Part shown: piece by piece, positions 50,066-63,077 of the stretch
Position numbering within the stretch: the first letter of the stretch is position 1
Layout: every line of letters begins with the position of its first letter
Source of the DNA: Octopus sinensis
Lineage: Eukaryota
Assembly (NCBI RefSeq): GCF_006345805.1
Contig: NW_021832224.1
Coordinates: 248,001 to 312,000, forward strand
DNA: 64,000 nt
Direction of reading: 5' to 3'
Translations under genes and position numbers: made by a program
The notes under the pieces: generated by a model
Told to the model about the DNA's origin: nothing
Seen by the model: only the letters and a program-made list of their open reading frames with translations
Databases searched by the model: none

Positions 50066-51332
50066 TGCTCACTATAAATTCTCAAATATAATATTGTTAT
50101 AAATTAATTAAAAAATTTATTATCAATTTATATATAAAAACAACTTTTTTGCTATGTTCTAGAAAACCATCAAAAGGACCATTCCGTCAATGAGGTTTGG
50201 CCAAGGTTTTAACACTAAGCCATACTCCACTTCCTCCACTTGTAGCTGACGCGATACAAGCAAAAAGATGTTGATTAGCTTCTTTTTTAAGGTTTTCTAA
50301 AATTTTGGAGCAGATAGTGTTATCCCAATTACTCTGCTTTGTTGTGTCTTTCAGGATTTTGAGTTTGAACCCGTTTCATTTCTAGCAAGCTCCGTCAAAT
50401 GACTTATTTTAGCAAAGTCCAATACTGTGATGAAGGACTTGATGTGTAAAATGACTGCAGCTTGAGAGGAACAATAGATATGCAAGGTACGGGACCTCCA
50501 GCTCCGATTTTAGACCGACGCTTAGAGGGGAATTTATATTGCTTCCAACCAAGTTTGTCAAAGCAAACGTTAATTAGTGAATCAAAAGTTTGTTTGAGAG
50601 ATTTGTCTATCGAAAGTAAACTGTTTTATTGTTTGTAGCTGGATGAACATTGGAGAGATATAAAAGGTTTGGGTAGTCAAATGTTGTTTTTTTTAGAAAG
50701 AAAAATGTGTGCGAGTCGAGATATTACAATCTTTTTGCAAGGCGTGTTAATTCTTCATTTTTGGGAAATAGATGGTTCTTGAATTTTTCACTGAGTGGAC
50801 ATTCAAGGAAATATAATTTATTAACTTGTATGTCCAAGTCTAAGTTGACAAATTCCTTTTCTGTCATAGAATTATCGCCTAGTCTATTCATGACGAGTAT
50901 GAACAATAAATTGTTTTCAGGAGTGTCTTTTATATAATATATTTTGACTGGAATGCCACATTTATTAGATCAGAGGGAGAATGCCACATTCCATTCAAGC
51001 AGTGCTAATCCATCAGATAGCGTCCAATACAGAAATTTTTGGATACTATCGATTCATTTATTATTTGAATTTTTTTATTTAGAAACAACTCCCAACGTAA
51101 TTGTTTTCTTTTCAAAGCTATCATCTTTTAGTTTTTGATTTTTTGTCGAGTTGTCCGCAATATTGTTCGAAATTTAAGGTTAAAGACAATTCATATGATT
51201 AGATCAAAGATTAATGTCAGAAACCCGGTTTATGATAAAAGAAAATTCAAGTTGGCACCATAAAATACGACAGGTATTCGAAATAGAGAAGATTCGGTAT
51301 ATCGAAGATGAAATAGCAGTGATAATCTATGA

Positions 51333-51556
51333 CAGGGGTGGCCAAACAGTCGATCGCGGCGCATTTCTTGGTCGATCGCCTTCGATATATAAATTGTTAA
51401 TTATATTTTTGTATTTGATCAAATGTCAATACAGGACCCGTTTAACGGATAACCATCTTGCGGATTGCATGAGAATAGCACTAAGCTCATATGAGCCAGA
51501 GAATTACAATGCCAAAAATCCAATTAACTTTTAATAAAAAAGGTTTGCCACCCCTG
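51333..51556 (+). mobile_element. Short hAT (SPIN/Buster-like) deletion derivative
   Basis: TIRs CAGGGGTGGC(C)AAAC. Imperfect 8-bp TSD ATCTATGA/GTCTCTGA. C-terminal transposase remnant YRTRLTDNHLADCMRIA. Confidence 0.85.
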
Positions 51557-52029
51557 GTCTCTGAGATAAATCGGGATCAGAAGTTTAGCCCGATTTTAAG
51601 GGAATTCCGTTATACCGAGGAGTCGGATTAGAGGAGATGGACTTTAGTTATTGTTTTATGAAGATGCGCGTTGTTAGGGGTGTGTTACTTAGCTAACCCA
51701 TTTAAATGTTAGGGACATAACAAATTCTGCCTGCATTAATCTCTTTTAGGAATTTTAAGGTGATTTCTAATTGCAGAAATGCAGAGTGAACGTTTTTGAT
51801 AGATAAACTGATTTTATCCGAGCATTGCCTTGATTCCGATACCAGTTAATACCTCGAGTTTGTCGATGTGGATCACCTTCTCGTGGTGGCAAATGATAGT
51901 TTTTCGTTGGATTAAGTACTACGGGGCTCTTACAATAACTATAGAAAACACCCTAATACATCCTTGCTCTAGAAAACTCTCTAAACTCTCTAATTGATGT
52001 CAACGTCAACAGCTTTGCTCGACAGATGC

Positions 52030-52330
52030 AATTACCTGTATGCTCTCATCATTTCAATTTTCTCGTTAAGAATTTCAAAAAACTCATTGATGTAAGTCAA
52101 ATCACATGAATTTTTTCCACAAATTGATTTAAATCTCACTTCATGTTGTTTTTTAAATTTGTCAAGGCAGTCATTTGAAACTTTGAAAGTGTTGGGACTA
52201 ATTTGTGAAGCCAATGAATTTTCTTTATTGGACTGTCTAAATATTTGTCAAAAACAAAATGTCCCAAAATCACAGAATGCCTCACCCCAAGTCGGAGTCA
52301 AGTGTATTTATATCAACTTGTTGATTTTTA
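52030..52330 (-). mobile_element. pogo-like CENP-B HTH remnant
   Basis: FKVSNDCLDKFKKQHEVRFKSICG. Confidence 0.6.
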
Positions 52331-52439
52331 CCCACTATATGGTCGACAGGTTCAATTAAGAGATCAAAATGTAACATACTCTTGCATTTATATTTTTTCT
52401 TTACTTTTTCTCTTAGATTTTTAATCTGCAGAGGACTCA

Positions 52440-53350
52440 GACAAGCTTAAAAAAATAACAACTTGGCATAGATTTATTTAAATACCTGATGTTTACAAGA
52501 GACAAAAACTACATTACAATATACCGATGTATCACCTTTGCACCAAATTGCCAACATTATGGTCTTTGATTCGCAGTTCATTAGGACCTGTTCACCTTTT
52601 TCATACTTTCAATTTGTTTCGATAGATTGGAATCCTAGGGCAGGTTGAGCCAAACGAGAGGAAACCTGCATTATAACTCATGGAAGAAATCACTGAAACC
52701 TTTCCTGTAAATCTTTGATAAAATTTTGCACAGGGTTCAATTTATTATTATGCAACACTTGTTTCAAGCATCCGGCAAAGCATAAAATCACTTGACTAGT
52801 TTTAAAACAACAAACTTGGCACATCATTTCAATTTACAACCAGATAGACTATATTCCTTGCAAGCAGCATCAAAAGACCGTACTGAAAACTCGAGATCAT
52901 AAACTTGAAACCAGAAGCGACTATAAATTTGTTGTTATTGGGCTAATACTTAACAAAATCCACCGAATACACAGAAAACCTACGCCTCAGTACGATACGA
53001 AGAAGCTTTGCTAGGAAGAATTTGCAATATGAAAAACTGTTTTAACTAAATCGACAAGAATAACTTAGTTAATAAAATATGGGAAAAAATAGTCGTCACA
53101 ATCCAGAATACCGTTTCTGACGTCTTAGATTCCACACACAAATCGAGACACAAACAAAGTAGTCCGGAAATTGGTCAACTTTTTTTCCCAAACAATATCC
53201 AATTTTTAAAACACGCTCCAGGAAGTTAGCTAATAAAAAAGGGATGACTAATATCATTACAAAAACTCAAAAGCTAAAGGTCCCAGAACTCAGCTAAAAT
53301 CGATATTAAAAACCAATTAATCCAGAGGTTGTCAAACGGTGTGCCGCCTG
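52440..53350 (+). mobile_element. Highly decayed LINE (AP-endonuclease region)
   Basis: Remnant NQIDYIL-like motif (AACCAGATAGACTATATT) and scattered broken frames. Confidence 0.45.
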
Positions 53351-53399
53351 ACAAATACAAATTTGAATAATTTTTTTCTCTAGTCTTTAGTCTTTAAAA

Positions 53400-54602
53400 C
53401 AATTTGGTCTTTAAAACTTGCGTATTTATCTGACATTTTACAAATATTAAACGAGGTTAATGCAAGTATGCAAGGAAGTTCTGAGACTATTTTATCGTCA
53501 ACGGACAAATTAAATTCTTTGAAAATGAAAATCAGTTTTTTGGAAAAAAAGGGTTTTAGATAGCGATTATAATATGTTTTCTAATACAAATGGTTAATTT
53601 TATATTTTAATTATAATAAAAATATAATGATGATTCAGCAGGAACAAGGACATACATTCAATCCGTTGTACTGAAGAGAACGCTCGAGAATATGATGATC
53701 GAACACAAGCACGGAATGAAGGTATCCGGAGAAGAATACGCTTCTGCTTCCAACCGGTATGTGGAGATGGCATGTAAATATGAAGACGACCCAATGAATA
53801 CTAAAAAAGATGCAATGGTTGAATCAGATGTGGTAATGGGGAGTAAGATGCAGCTGAAAGTAGGCTCTTCTTCCAAGAGAAGGAGAGTGGATATCAGCGA
53901 GCTGGAGTGAGATCTGCTTATTTTCTGATTAACTATTAATTTATTATTGTTTGTCGTTATTGTAAAAAAATAATGATGATTCGATACAGGGACTAATTAA
54001 TGAACATTTAATAATTTTGGAAAACAAAATGGATGCTTATTTTCCAGACTTAGAAATTGAAAAATTTGATTGGTTTATTAGTTTTTTAATATATTTAAGA
54101 TAAGAAATCCTTTTCTTGTCCATGAATTAAAAAACTTGTCTATTAAAAAAAATGAAGAACTTATTGCGCTATTTAGTGATCGATCCTTAAGATTAAAGAT
54201 GACGGAGTTAGACATTGGTGAATTCTGTATATTCGAAACATATATCCCAGTTTATCAAAACAAGCACTGACCATAATTTTACAGTTTTCAACAACCTATT
54301 TATGCGAAGCAGATGGTTTCTAAGCTGCATAATATGAAATATAACAAACACGAAAGTTTGAGAAACATTGATGCTGAAATGCGGGTGGCTTTGTCAACCA
54401 TTCGACCTGATATTGATGATATATACAACAATAATAATTTAGATTTCATTTTCATTATTAATAAAAATTTGGGCATTAAGTTTCCAATTTTTGTACTTAG
54501 TTTTACATATCTTAAAAATTTATTTTTTTTATTTTTAATGTATGCCGTGTATTATTTTTTTAAGATTAGTGTGCCGCGAGAATTATTTTTTGAAAAGCTC
54601 TG
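53400..54602 (+). mobile_element. hAT (Buster/ZBED5-like) remnant interrupted by a retro-insert
   Basis: LAYLSDI, FSTTYLCEA and MRVALSTIRPDI motifs. Right-end-like GTGCCGCG..TTTGAAAAGCTCTG. Confidence 0.8.
53637..53969 (+). other. Retroposed mRNA 3' end (ORF end, 3'UTR, A-tract) of unknown and possibly viral origin
   Basis: 13-bp TSD ATAATGATGATTC (53624-53636, 53970-53982). Intact frame ending SSSKRRRVDISELE*. GC content is visibly higher than the flanks. Confidence 0.8.
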
Positions 54603-54984
54603 AATTAATCCATAAAGATAAAATGAGAACTTTTATGACAAATGAAAATCCTGTCAGCAAATATTTTCAATCAGCATGCAGCTTTATGGCCACGTTTTAT
54701 GTTGAAACGACCATGTAGCATTTCTTCGCTCGAACAGTAGCTGGATTCCGTGGAAGACCATTAGCGTTGGCGGTTGGGCTGCGACTAACTCGGCAGTCTT
54801 CCTGGATAACCTTAAAGAAATTGTGCAAAACTCCGGGTTAAGACCGAAAGAGAAGATGTAAAAAAACACGGCACAAATTAGTCTTGATGTTTTATCGTGA
54901 ATGCCCTCAATAATAATAAATTTAACATAAAACGATACTAATTTTAATAAAAAATCAAAAATAGTATAAAAATGACTAAAAATC

Positions 54985-57721
54985 TTATGCTGTAGAACTC
55001 TTGATATATGATATTATCGAAGTAGCTCGCGATGCCAATTTATCCAATTCCCGCATATTTTCACTCACCAACTTACGAATCACGATGAGTTTGTTCATAA
55101 AATGTTCATTTTCCCTTAACTCATCGCTACATTTCTACAATTATACATTAACATTCATACCTCGATAAATAATGCCAAATATGTAAAAACAAGATCACTC
55201 TCGACCTTAGCCTTTAACATGAACTCCACAAAACACAAAAATGTGTTAATCGAAGAAGGATCAAGTAAAGAAAACTCAAAATGAATTGCTGCAGTCGGCA
55301 TTGATTTTAAAAACTCCATAAAAGCATAATAATCTACGACCATCAACACATACATCAAACCTGGTTGATCAGATTGCGATAATAAAATTTTGAACTGCCT
55401 CCCACTCTTCGAAACATCCCCTTCCTGAAACTTCAATACATCAAAATACCGGAAAATTATCAAAAAGAGAAACTTTACTCTCAACTCCATTAACCTTATT
55501 TCTTTTCTGAAAATAACCACAAAGTTGTACCTTAATCGCACAATAATCGAGGATGTTCTGACATTTTCCAGAAGGCAAATTGGAAATTTTTAAAAGTCCA
55601 CTTTCCTCAATAGTCTTATTAGAAGTAAAAATCATAGGATTTTGAATGAACGATTCGCGGTAAAACGTCGAATTAACCCACACACTGACCAAGTTATGAT
55701 CCACGTGACAACAAGCTAAATACAGTCCATCAGGAGAGAAAGAAAGAGATAAAACTGGAGAACCGACAGAAAAGCAATCGACTACACTAAAAACTAATTT
55801 TGACAAATAAATACCAGGAAGATGGAATATCAATAACACGAATCATTGAGGAAGCAAAACTCAAAACAAGCCATTGAGAATTTGGGGAAAATACAAAATC
55901 CGTAATTTCATCGTCAAATGATGGAAAATGCCGAACTTTTCCGGAATGTGGGCGGTTTGAATCTAAGATAGTCACTGAATTGTTTTCGGAGGTGACAGCA
56001 ATAAGACCACTGCTTCGATTAAAGCATACAAGTCTCGCAGAACATTCCAAATTGCTTATATTTTCACAAATTCCATTAGAAAATCGCCACGAAGCCACCT
56101 GTCCGTCCCAATGAATGGATATTAAAAACGAATTCTGAGAGTCGATGTACACTCCTTGAACGGGAGTGCTCAGTTTTTTATCTAAAATTTTAAAATATCA
56201 GGACTTACTAGAATATGTGACTCGAAGGTCACCAGACTGAGCGTTAAAACGATCAATCGACCCATCTTCATAACCAACAAAGACAAAATTCCCACAAATC
56301 GAAACAGTTAAAGAAACTGAGGCCACATCAGGCCTTCTCTTAGTATTCTGCCTCAAAATAGCAGTAGAGCGTGTTTTTAGATGACTCCAGCTACTCATAC
56401 CAGAATATTTCCTATGTAGACAAAATATACTGTCCCAATCACTATGCCGACATGTCTCTATACATAAAAAATATTATTTAACCAGAAACAATAGCCTTGA
56501 ATGAATTAGAATGGCGTCCTAAGAGACGTCCAAGAGACTCATGGGTAACAGAAAGAGCCCTGAATTGCCCATTTGAGTCTGCGGAAAGAACAATATCAGA
56601 ATCATAGAAAGATATTCTCTCAACTGGGGCAGAATGACCTGACCTGTGATGAAGAAGATTGGCTCCACCATAATTATCAAAAACCCAAGTCTATTCCATT
56701 TTTAAAAACATTTTTACCTTAATCGAGTTATCAGTGGAACAAGACACCATAACCGACTCGTTCGGGAGGAAAAAGAGAGAATTTACACTTAAATCGTGGG
56801 CTTTCTTGATTCTACCTGAAGCTCTCATATTCTCAAGATTCCAGAAAATAATATCACCACAAATTGACCCAGACGCCATCCACGAATTGTGCGAAAAAGC
56901 AAGACACGTTACTTTGGTTTTCTGATTTAACTCAAAAATTATTTCATCATAGAGAATGTTGAGTAATATTATTCTTCCGTCCTCATAACCAATTGCCACC
57001 ACGTCTAAAGCAGTTGACTGTTCCATGACAGTCACGGCAACTCCTGAAGGGAGAGACGTGAACGAAAAAATCCGTTTTAGTGTCTTTATGTTCCATAATT
57101 GAAGGTCTCCTCGATCACTTGCAAACAAAAATTTGTCCAAATGGGTCGATGGATGTAATATGTGAGTAACTCGAAATGACAGGACATCGAATTGAAGCTG
57201 ACGATATATTTCTATGTATAAAAATATACATAAAACCAGCAGTTTTAAAATTCCATACAACAACACAGTTTGATTCGTCGAGTGAAAGCAAATGATCTCC
57301 AAGTGGAGTCAGACATACAAATATATCATTATGTTCGCTATCAAATAAATCAAATGTTGTCTAAAGTGGTATTTGAATTAAAAACTTGATTTTGTTTGCA
57401 ATAAACACGTATTTTTGAACCGTGGGCTGCAAAAATATAGTATCCAGATGTAGCAAGAGCAGTTATATTTTCGGACAGCAGTTCTCCTAAAATAATTAGA
57501 GAACTATATAAGCCAACCCACTTCCACTATAGCTAAATTGGTGCACTAATATCAGACTAATAAAATATTATTACATTGTAACGGTGCCAAGTTTTTCCGA
57601 TTGATGTTATTATAAAGTGTTCTTTTAGTTTGTGGTTATGTTGAATCTTGCATGGGATAGAGTTGCAAACTCCTCCGAGTACTCTGTAAGGAGAAAATAT
57701 ATTGCTATCATTGGTCAACAT
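54985..57721 (-). CDS. WDR36: WD repeat protein 36 / Utp21, many exons
   Basis: SNIFSPYRVLGGVCNSIP, ILHPSTHLDK, TVMEQSTALDVVAIG, DRFNAQSG and FSPDGLYLA, plus a Utp21-type C-terminus. Confidence 0.95.
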
Positions 57722-57734
57722 AATCAAGTAAAAT

Positions 57735-57740
57735 CACGTG
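57735..57740. promoter_or_regulatory. E-box CACGTG just upstream of the WDR36 ATG
   Basis: CACGTG lies 13 nt from the start codon in AT-rich DNA. Confidence 0.45.
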
Positions 57741-57829
57741 TATTTTATTATATGTTTTTAAATCATTTATAATAAAAGTAGTTAGATAAAATAATCAATA
57801 TTAAAAATTAAATCTTTCGATATATTATG

Positions 57830-58401
57830 GACGTCGGATAGTGTCCTCCGTCGACAAGGATACAAATTTTTTCACTCCCTAGATGAAATGACTAATGAAA
57901 AGACCACCATCCTCGCGACATTGGCAGAAAAACCAATTTAATCTCTCCAAAAAAGTTGGCAAAGTACTCTGTTTCACGGCCACTTATCTATCAAAACGTC
58001 TAAAATTGTGTCCGGGTGGGACTTTATGGAAGAAAAATTTTTTTCAGTAAACCTTATTCTTTGTTTATCTAGCAGTTCTAGTTGATTTTTTGGAGGTTAT
58101 TGACAGCTATTCGAAAGAACAGGCTATTTTTTTTATCAACAAGTGTAATTTCTCAGTTAAAAAGAGAAAAATAGGGTCTTATATTGTTACGGTAGAGCAT
58201 CTTGGTAGCAGTGTTTTGAAAGTTTTTTTTTCTGTATGGAAGGATGATGGGTTGTTTTATGTAAGTATTTCACATTTTCAGGTAATTGAATTCCAGTGTT
58301 CAATGCTGCTTCGGATTGTACGATTTTTATCCAATCATCCAGATACTCCGACTTGTAACTTTAATTGCAAAATCAAACGGTCTTATAAATACTTAGTGTA
58401 G
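57830..58401 (+). CDS. Possible uncharacterised gene or pseudogene divergent from WDR36
   Basis: ORF 58090-58401 plus upstream coding-like sequence. The exon structure is unresolved. Confidence 0.3.
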
Positions 58402-58450
58402 AAAAAAAGGATTAAAAATATCGCCCTTTTGGACTCCAGTTAATAAATTG

Positions 58451-59151
58451 TTAAAAAATATTATCAAAAATTTCACTAATGTTAAAATTGTAATTTAAAA
58501 TTTGCTTTTTACACTCCAAAAGGGAACACTTGGAAATTTTGTGAACAATCATAAGAAGTATATAACGAACAGATAGGTTAAAATTCCATTGTGTCAAAGT
58601 CAAAACTTGTAAAAATTCTTCTTCGTTAAGCTGCTTATAATTACAAATTAAAAAATACAAAATTGTCAAACAAATATTTAAGTCCTTCTATATTATCCTC
58701 TGGTTCTGTTTCCCTAAGAATAATTAAAAAAAATTTACATTTTCCCATCAGTCATTATGCTGAGAACAGCGTGTTTCGACCAATATTCGTCTTTTGGGTT
58801 TTTAATTCCACTTTCCTCCTCGGTAATTAATATTGCACAACTTTCAGATTTAGAACGAGATAATGATTTTTTAAATTTATTACTGCTTGGCAAAATATTC
58901 TTGATGGCACCATTCATTTTGCCTTCAATCAAAAAGGACTCTTCTCTGAAATCTGCAAATCTATATTTTTTAAACTAAAAATATAATTTTTATTTCTAAC
59001 CATGTCACTGTATAACATTATTGGTAACCTTGTTGGGAGTGTTGGACTCAGGTTCTCATTCTCTTTAATGCTAAGTTGTTTCTAAACGTTGTGTAAATAT
59101 TTTGGGGATACAAACTATGTAATTTCTATCTATTTGAGGAATTTTTGACAT
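58451..59151 (-). CDS. Protein with C-terminal tandem UBA-like helices (ACK1/TNK2 C-terminus-like), multi-exon
   Basis: Spliced frame from MSKIPQIDRNYI to EEFLQVLTLTQWNFNLSVRYI..LECKKQILNYNFNISEIFDNIF*. Confidence 0.5.
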
Positions 59152-59296
59152 TTTGACATCAATCGGGTGTATCCAATTTTCAAAATTGCGGACAATTGAT
59201 TAACTTGAAAATATATAGAATCTCTACTGACACGTTAAATTTTTCCCGTTGATTAAATGTTCATATTAATGATATTTTTACTTTTAATATTATTAT

Positions 59297-59628
59297 GGGA
59301 TCCAACCTGCTGGGACACTTTTTCTGCTTCACATTTTATTTCGTGTGCTCTGAAGGCTAAATCTGCTGCTAAGAATTCTGAAGATTTAAAGCTATCCAAA
59401 TATTCTGCCCTTTCGGAAGAGTTCTTCGTGGTGCCGATAGCGGCGGAGACGTCGGGTGCTCCAAAGACTGAAAAGTTCCTGCGCAAGCTCGGAGCCAAAA
59501 TCTCAATGCGCACTCACGATCGTCGGGAGGTGAACTGGCTATTGCAACGGTTCTCGATCGCCGTTATCCGGGGAAACAGTTTGGCAATCGGCCAGGCTGC
59601 TGGCTTTCCCTTCGATTAATTGATAACA
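59297..59628 (+). mobile_element. 5'-truncated CRE-like retrotransposon
   Basis: WDPTCWDTF..PIAAETSG..WLLQRFSIAVIRGN, with an 11-bp TSD AATATTATTAT (59286-59296, 59629-59639). Confidence 0.88.
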
Positions 59629-59949
59629 AATATTATTATATATGAAAATTTTGTTAATTTCTCATCCTAGATCCTTATATGGCGTAACCACTAAAATTTC
59701 ACGATATATGAAGACCAACAGAAAAGTCGGTAAAAAGGTAGAGTCAGTCTTGCAGGAAATTGGTTAAATAATTTCGAAACGCAGTTTGAAAAAGAGTGAA
59801 ACACTTTGACTTCTCCAGAGGATTTCAGTGGTGATTCAAATAAGTAAAATCAAGGCACATTGTGAAAAATCTTTGTTTTTTTCTAAACTTATTTTGAGTT
59901 TATTTTAAGTTTTATAGATTCGCATTAAAATTAACAGTAAAACAAATAC

Positions 59950-61000
59950 GCAAAAACTCAATATTTCTCTTCCAATATTCTCAGAAAAAGAAGACTTAAA
60001 TTTAATATTGAGCATCAAATATAATTGAAGCAGTCAGTTAAATATGCTGATAATAGTTTTTGTGAAGCCGAAGCCGTTGGATATTGATATTTCAAGAGCT
60101 TTCGATTCCATCCACCGAGATCTGCTCATGAAGGTACTGCAGAGCTTTTTAGACAAAGATGACATTAGAATGATAAAAGTGTTACTTATAAAAACGAATC
60201 TCACTGTTTGCAAAGACCTTTCACGACAAACCCCTCAAGGTGACTCTCTCGCCTCTGCTAATTGTGATCTACCTCGAAACTGATTTGCAAGACCTGAAAG
60301 CCTATATGAAGGGTCAATCACTGAAGTAATTTACGCTGATGAAGTCAATTTTGTGTCGGGCAAAAAATCCGCTCTCCTCAAATTATTGGAGATTGCACCT
60401 GGAAAACTCGGAAAATGGTTTCTAATCATGAACATGGATAAGACTGATGTTGTTTATTATTATTGGATATCCAACATATGGAAACATTGAACAAGCTTGG
60501 TTCATTGTTTGGAGACCGGGAAGACATCATTCGTAGAAAGACATTAGCTGCTGTTTCTCTAAGAACAGTCATAAAGGATTGGCAACGATATAAAGCATTT
60601 CTGATAGGGAACTAAGGAATCTTGATTCCTTTCACAGAAAACTACTTCATGTCCTAAATGGTCTACATTGGCCTAAGAAAATTAGCAACTCATCGCTCTA
60701 AAGGCTCAGTAACTTGGTGCCAATCAGTCGGGACATTATTGAGGGTCGCTGAAAGCTATTTGGACACTTCCTAAGAATGGATCCAAATACACCTATCTAT
60801 TAGGCCATGGAAGAATACTTTCTGTCAGATGATTTTAAATTTCGTGACGATCCTGAACGACATGCCGGCTGTTCTACAACATGATCTAATATACGCGGAG
60901 AAAACCCTAAACAACTGTGATGATCTGGACGAACTTTGGAAACTGGCTCAAAACCGCTGAAGTTAGAAAAAGATAGTAATCAAGTTGTATCGTGTGTGGA
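59950..61000 (+). mobile_element. Decayed RTE-like LINE
   Basis: DISRAFDSIHR, PQGDSL, YADEV and LFGHFLRMD motifs. Confidence 0.8.
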
Positions 61001-61084
61001 ACATTCGAAAAATGACTTTTTCTTTTTATGTTTTTTACGGGATGTGCTATAAAACTATAATAGTTTTCGTTATGCAAAAATCAG

Positions 61085-62952
61085 TCACCTTCCTACCCCA
61101 AAGGATCTCCGTTTCGTAAGAAAATCACATTATAAGTCAAATGACAATTCTACTGACTATATTAACATCCCAGAATCATTTACCAGGCAACTTGTTGTTA
61201 ACTCGCGGAATTCTAACGCCAGAGGTCCTGATGGCCTTGCCATCCACCACCTAAAAAATCTGGGTCCTAATGGCTTTCTGGCTCTGACCAATTTAATCGA
61301 ATACTCGATCAACCATGGTCTGGTTCCTATGCTTTGGAAGAAATCTACCATCATCCCTATCCCAAAGCCAAATCGTGATACCTCTGACCCCTCCTCTTTT
61401 CGACCTATCTCTTTGATCTCAGTGGTTTCAAAAATAACAGAGCGAGTTGTATTGAGCATCATAAAACCTTTCCTCCCATTTGCTGAATCTCAACATGGCT
61501 TTCGTTCTTTGCATTCCACTTCCACCCATCTTTCAAAACTGACACAATTCATTGCGGATGGGTTTAACAATCATAAGCCACCTCAAAGAACAATTATTGC
61601 ATCCATCGACATTGAAAAGGCATTTGACAGAACGTCAAGACACGTTCTGTGTAGGAAAATAACCGATACGGAATTCCCCCACCAAATAAAGTCATGGCTA
61701 CTCTCTTTTCTCTCTGGGCGTCTTGGTCGCACCACAATCATGTCTTCTTACTCACGCTACAAATACTTGCCTAACGGAGTTCCCCAAGGCTCGGTCCTTT
61801 CACCTGCCTTATTTAACTTACATCTGTCAAATATCCCGACGAACAATAATACTCTACTTCTCTCCTACGCTGATGACTTAATTTTTGCCTCCCGCCACCA
61901 AAACATAATCACCGCTTCTGGATTTCTGCAGGAACACATGAACACTCTTTCGTCCTGGCTGAAATGCAATCTTCTTCAACCTTCTCCTTCCAAATCATCT
62001 GTTACGCTATTCACAACTGACCGCCGTCAGTTCAACTTAGAGCCTAAACTATTCCTAGACAACACTCCACTGCCAGTTGAAAAATCCCCCAAAATCTTGG
62101 GTCTGATATTTGATTGCTGTTTGTCCTTCTCGAAACATGTTCATATATCTGTGGAAAATCCCAGAAAAAACTCAATGTGCTCCGAGCTATTGCGGGGACT
62201 TCATTTGGGCAGGATAAGGAAAGTCTAACAACTGTATACAAGCAGTTTATTAGAACAACTATGAACTACGCCATCCCTGCTTGGGGTTCCTGCTTATCTA
62301 ATACAAACCTTGAAAAACTTCAGAGAACTCAAAACTCAGCATTACGAATTATTTCCGGCTGTCTAAAAACGACACCTACCGACCACCTACATTGGGAATC
62401 GAAAATCCTTCCAATCAGTGACCATTTTGAAATGCTCGGGCTGCAATTTCTTGACAAATGCCGAACCCTAAATCACCCTGGCTACTTCCTCTGGCACTCC
62501 ACTAACAACAGGAGAATAGTTCCGACCCTCGCGGACAAAGTCCGCAAGCTTATACGATCCCCTCCGGACATTAACCAGAAGGGGATTCACGACCTGGTGG
62601 CTACGAGGGCAATCAGATGTCTTGAAATAACAAGCTTCTGGGACGCCTTCCGCCGCCAATTAATAAGATCGAATCCTCCCTCTCAAGAGAAGCCCGAGTG
62701 AAATTGGCTCGTCTCCGCTGTGGCCACCATACTGGCCTACACGATTATCGCATAAAAATCGGTCTTGGTGAAATAACCCCTTCCTATTCCCTCAACGACC
62801 TTTTCTCCTGTCCAGGCCCGCCTTCTACTTCCTCGGAACCCGGATCACGATCGGGGATCTTTGGGAGCGTCCGACATTGGCCCTAACGTTCTTGTTAGCC
62901 ACCGGCTTCCTTCAATTGAAGGGGCGGGGGTAAATAAATAAATAAATAAATA
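61085..62952 (+). mobile_element. 5'-truncated I-group-like LINE (RT), relatively young
   Basis: GPDG, RPISLIS, QHGFR, DIEKAFD, GVPQGSVLSP, YADD and LARLRCGHH motifs. Few frameshifts. (TAAA)n 3' tail. Confidence 0.93.
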
Positions 62953-63077
62953 ATATGCCTGGATTTTTCAAGCTATCGTTTTTGACATTAAAAAAGCTTA
63001 TTTAATTAATTAAAATAACGTATTAAAATGTCATTTAAATTTTCACTTAGTTATTTAACATTGTACATTTTATTTAA

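Noticed and set aside
50560-51180. Coding-like minus-strand segment
   Set aside because: It has multiple stops not explained by micro-introns and no recognisable family; probably TE debris.
54670-54880. GC-richer patch possibly a fourth CRE 3' fragment
   Set aside because: The peptide similarity is only vague and I found no TSD.
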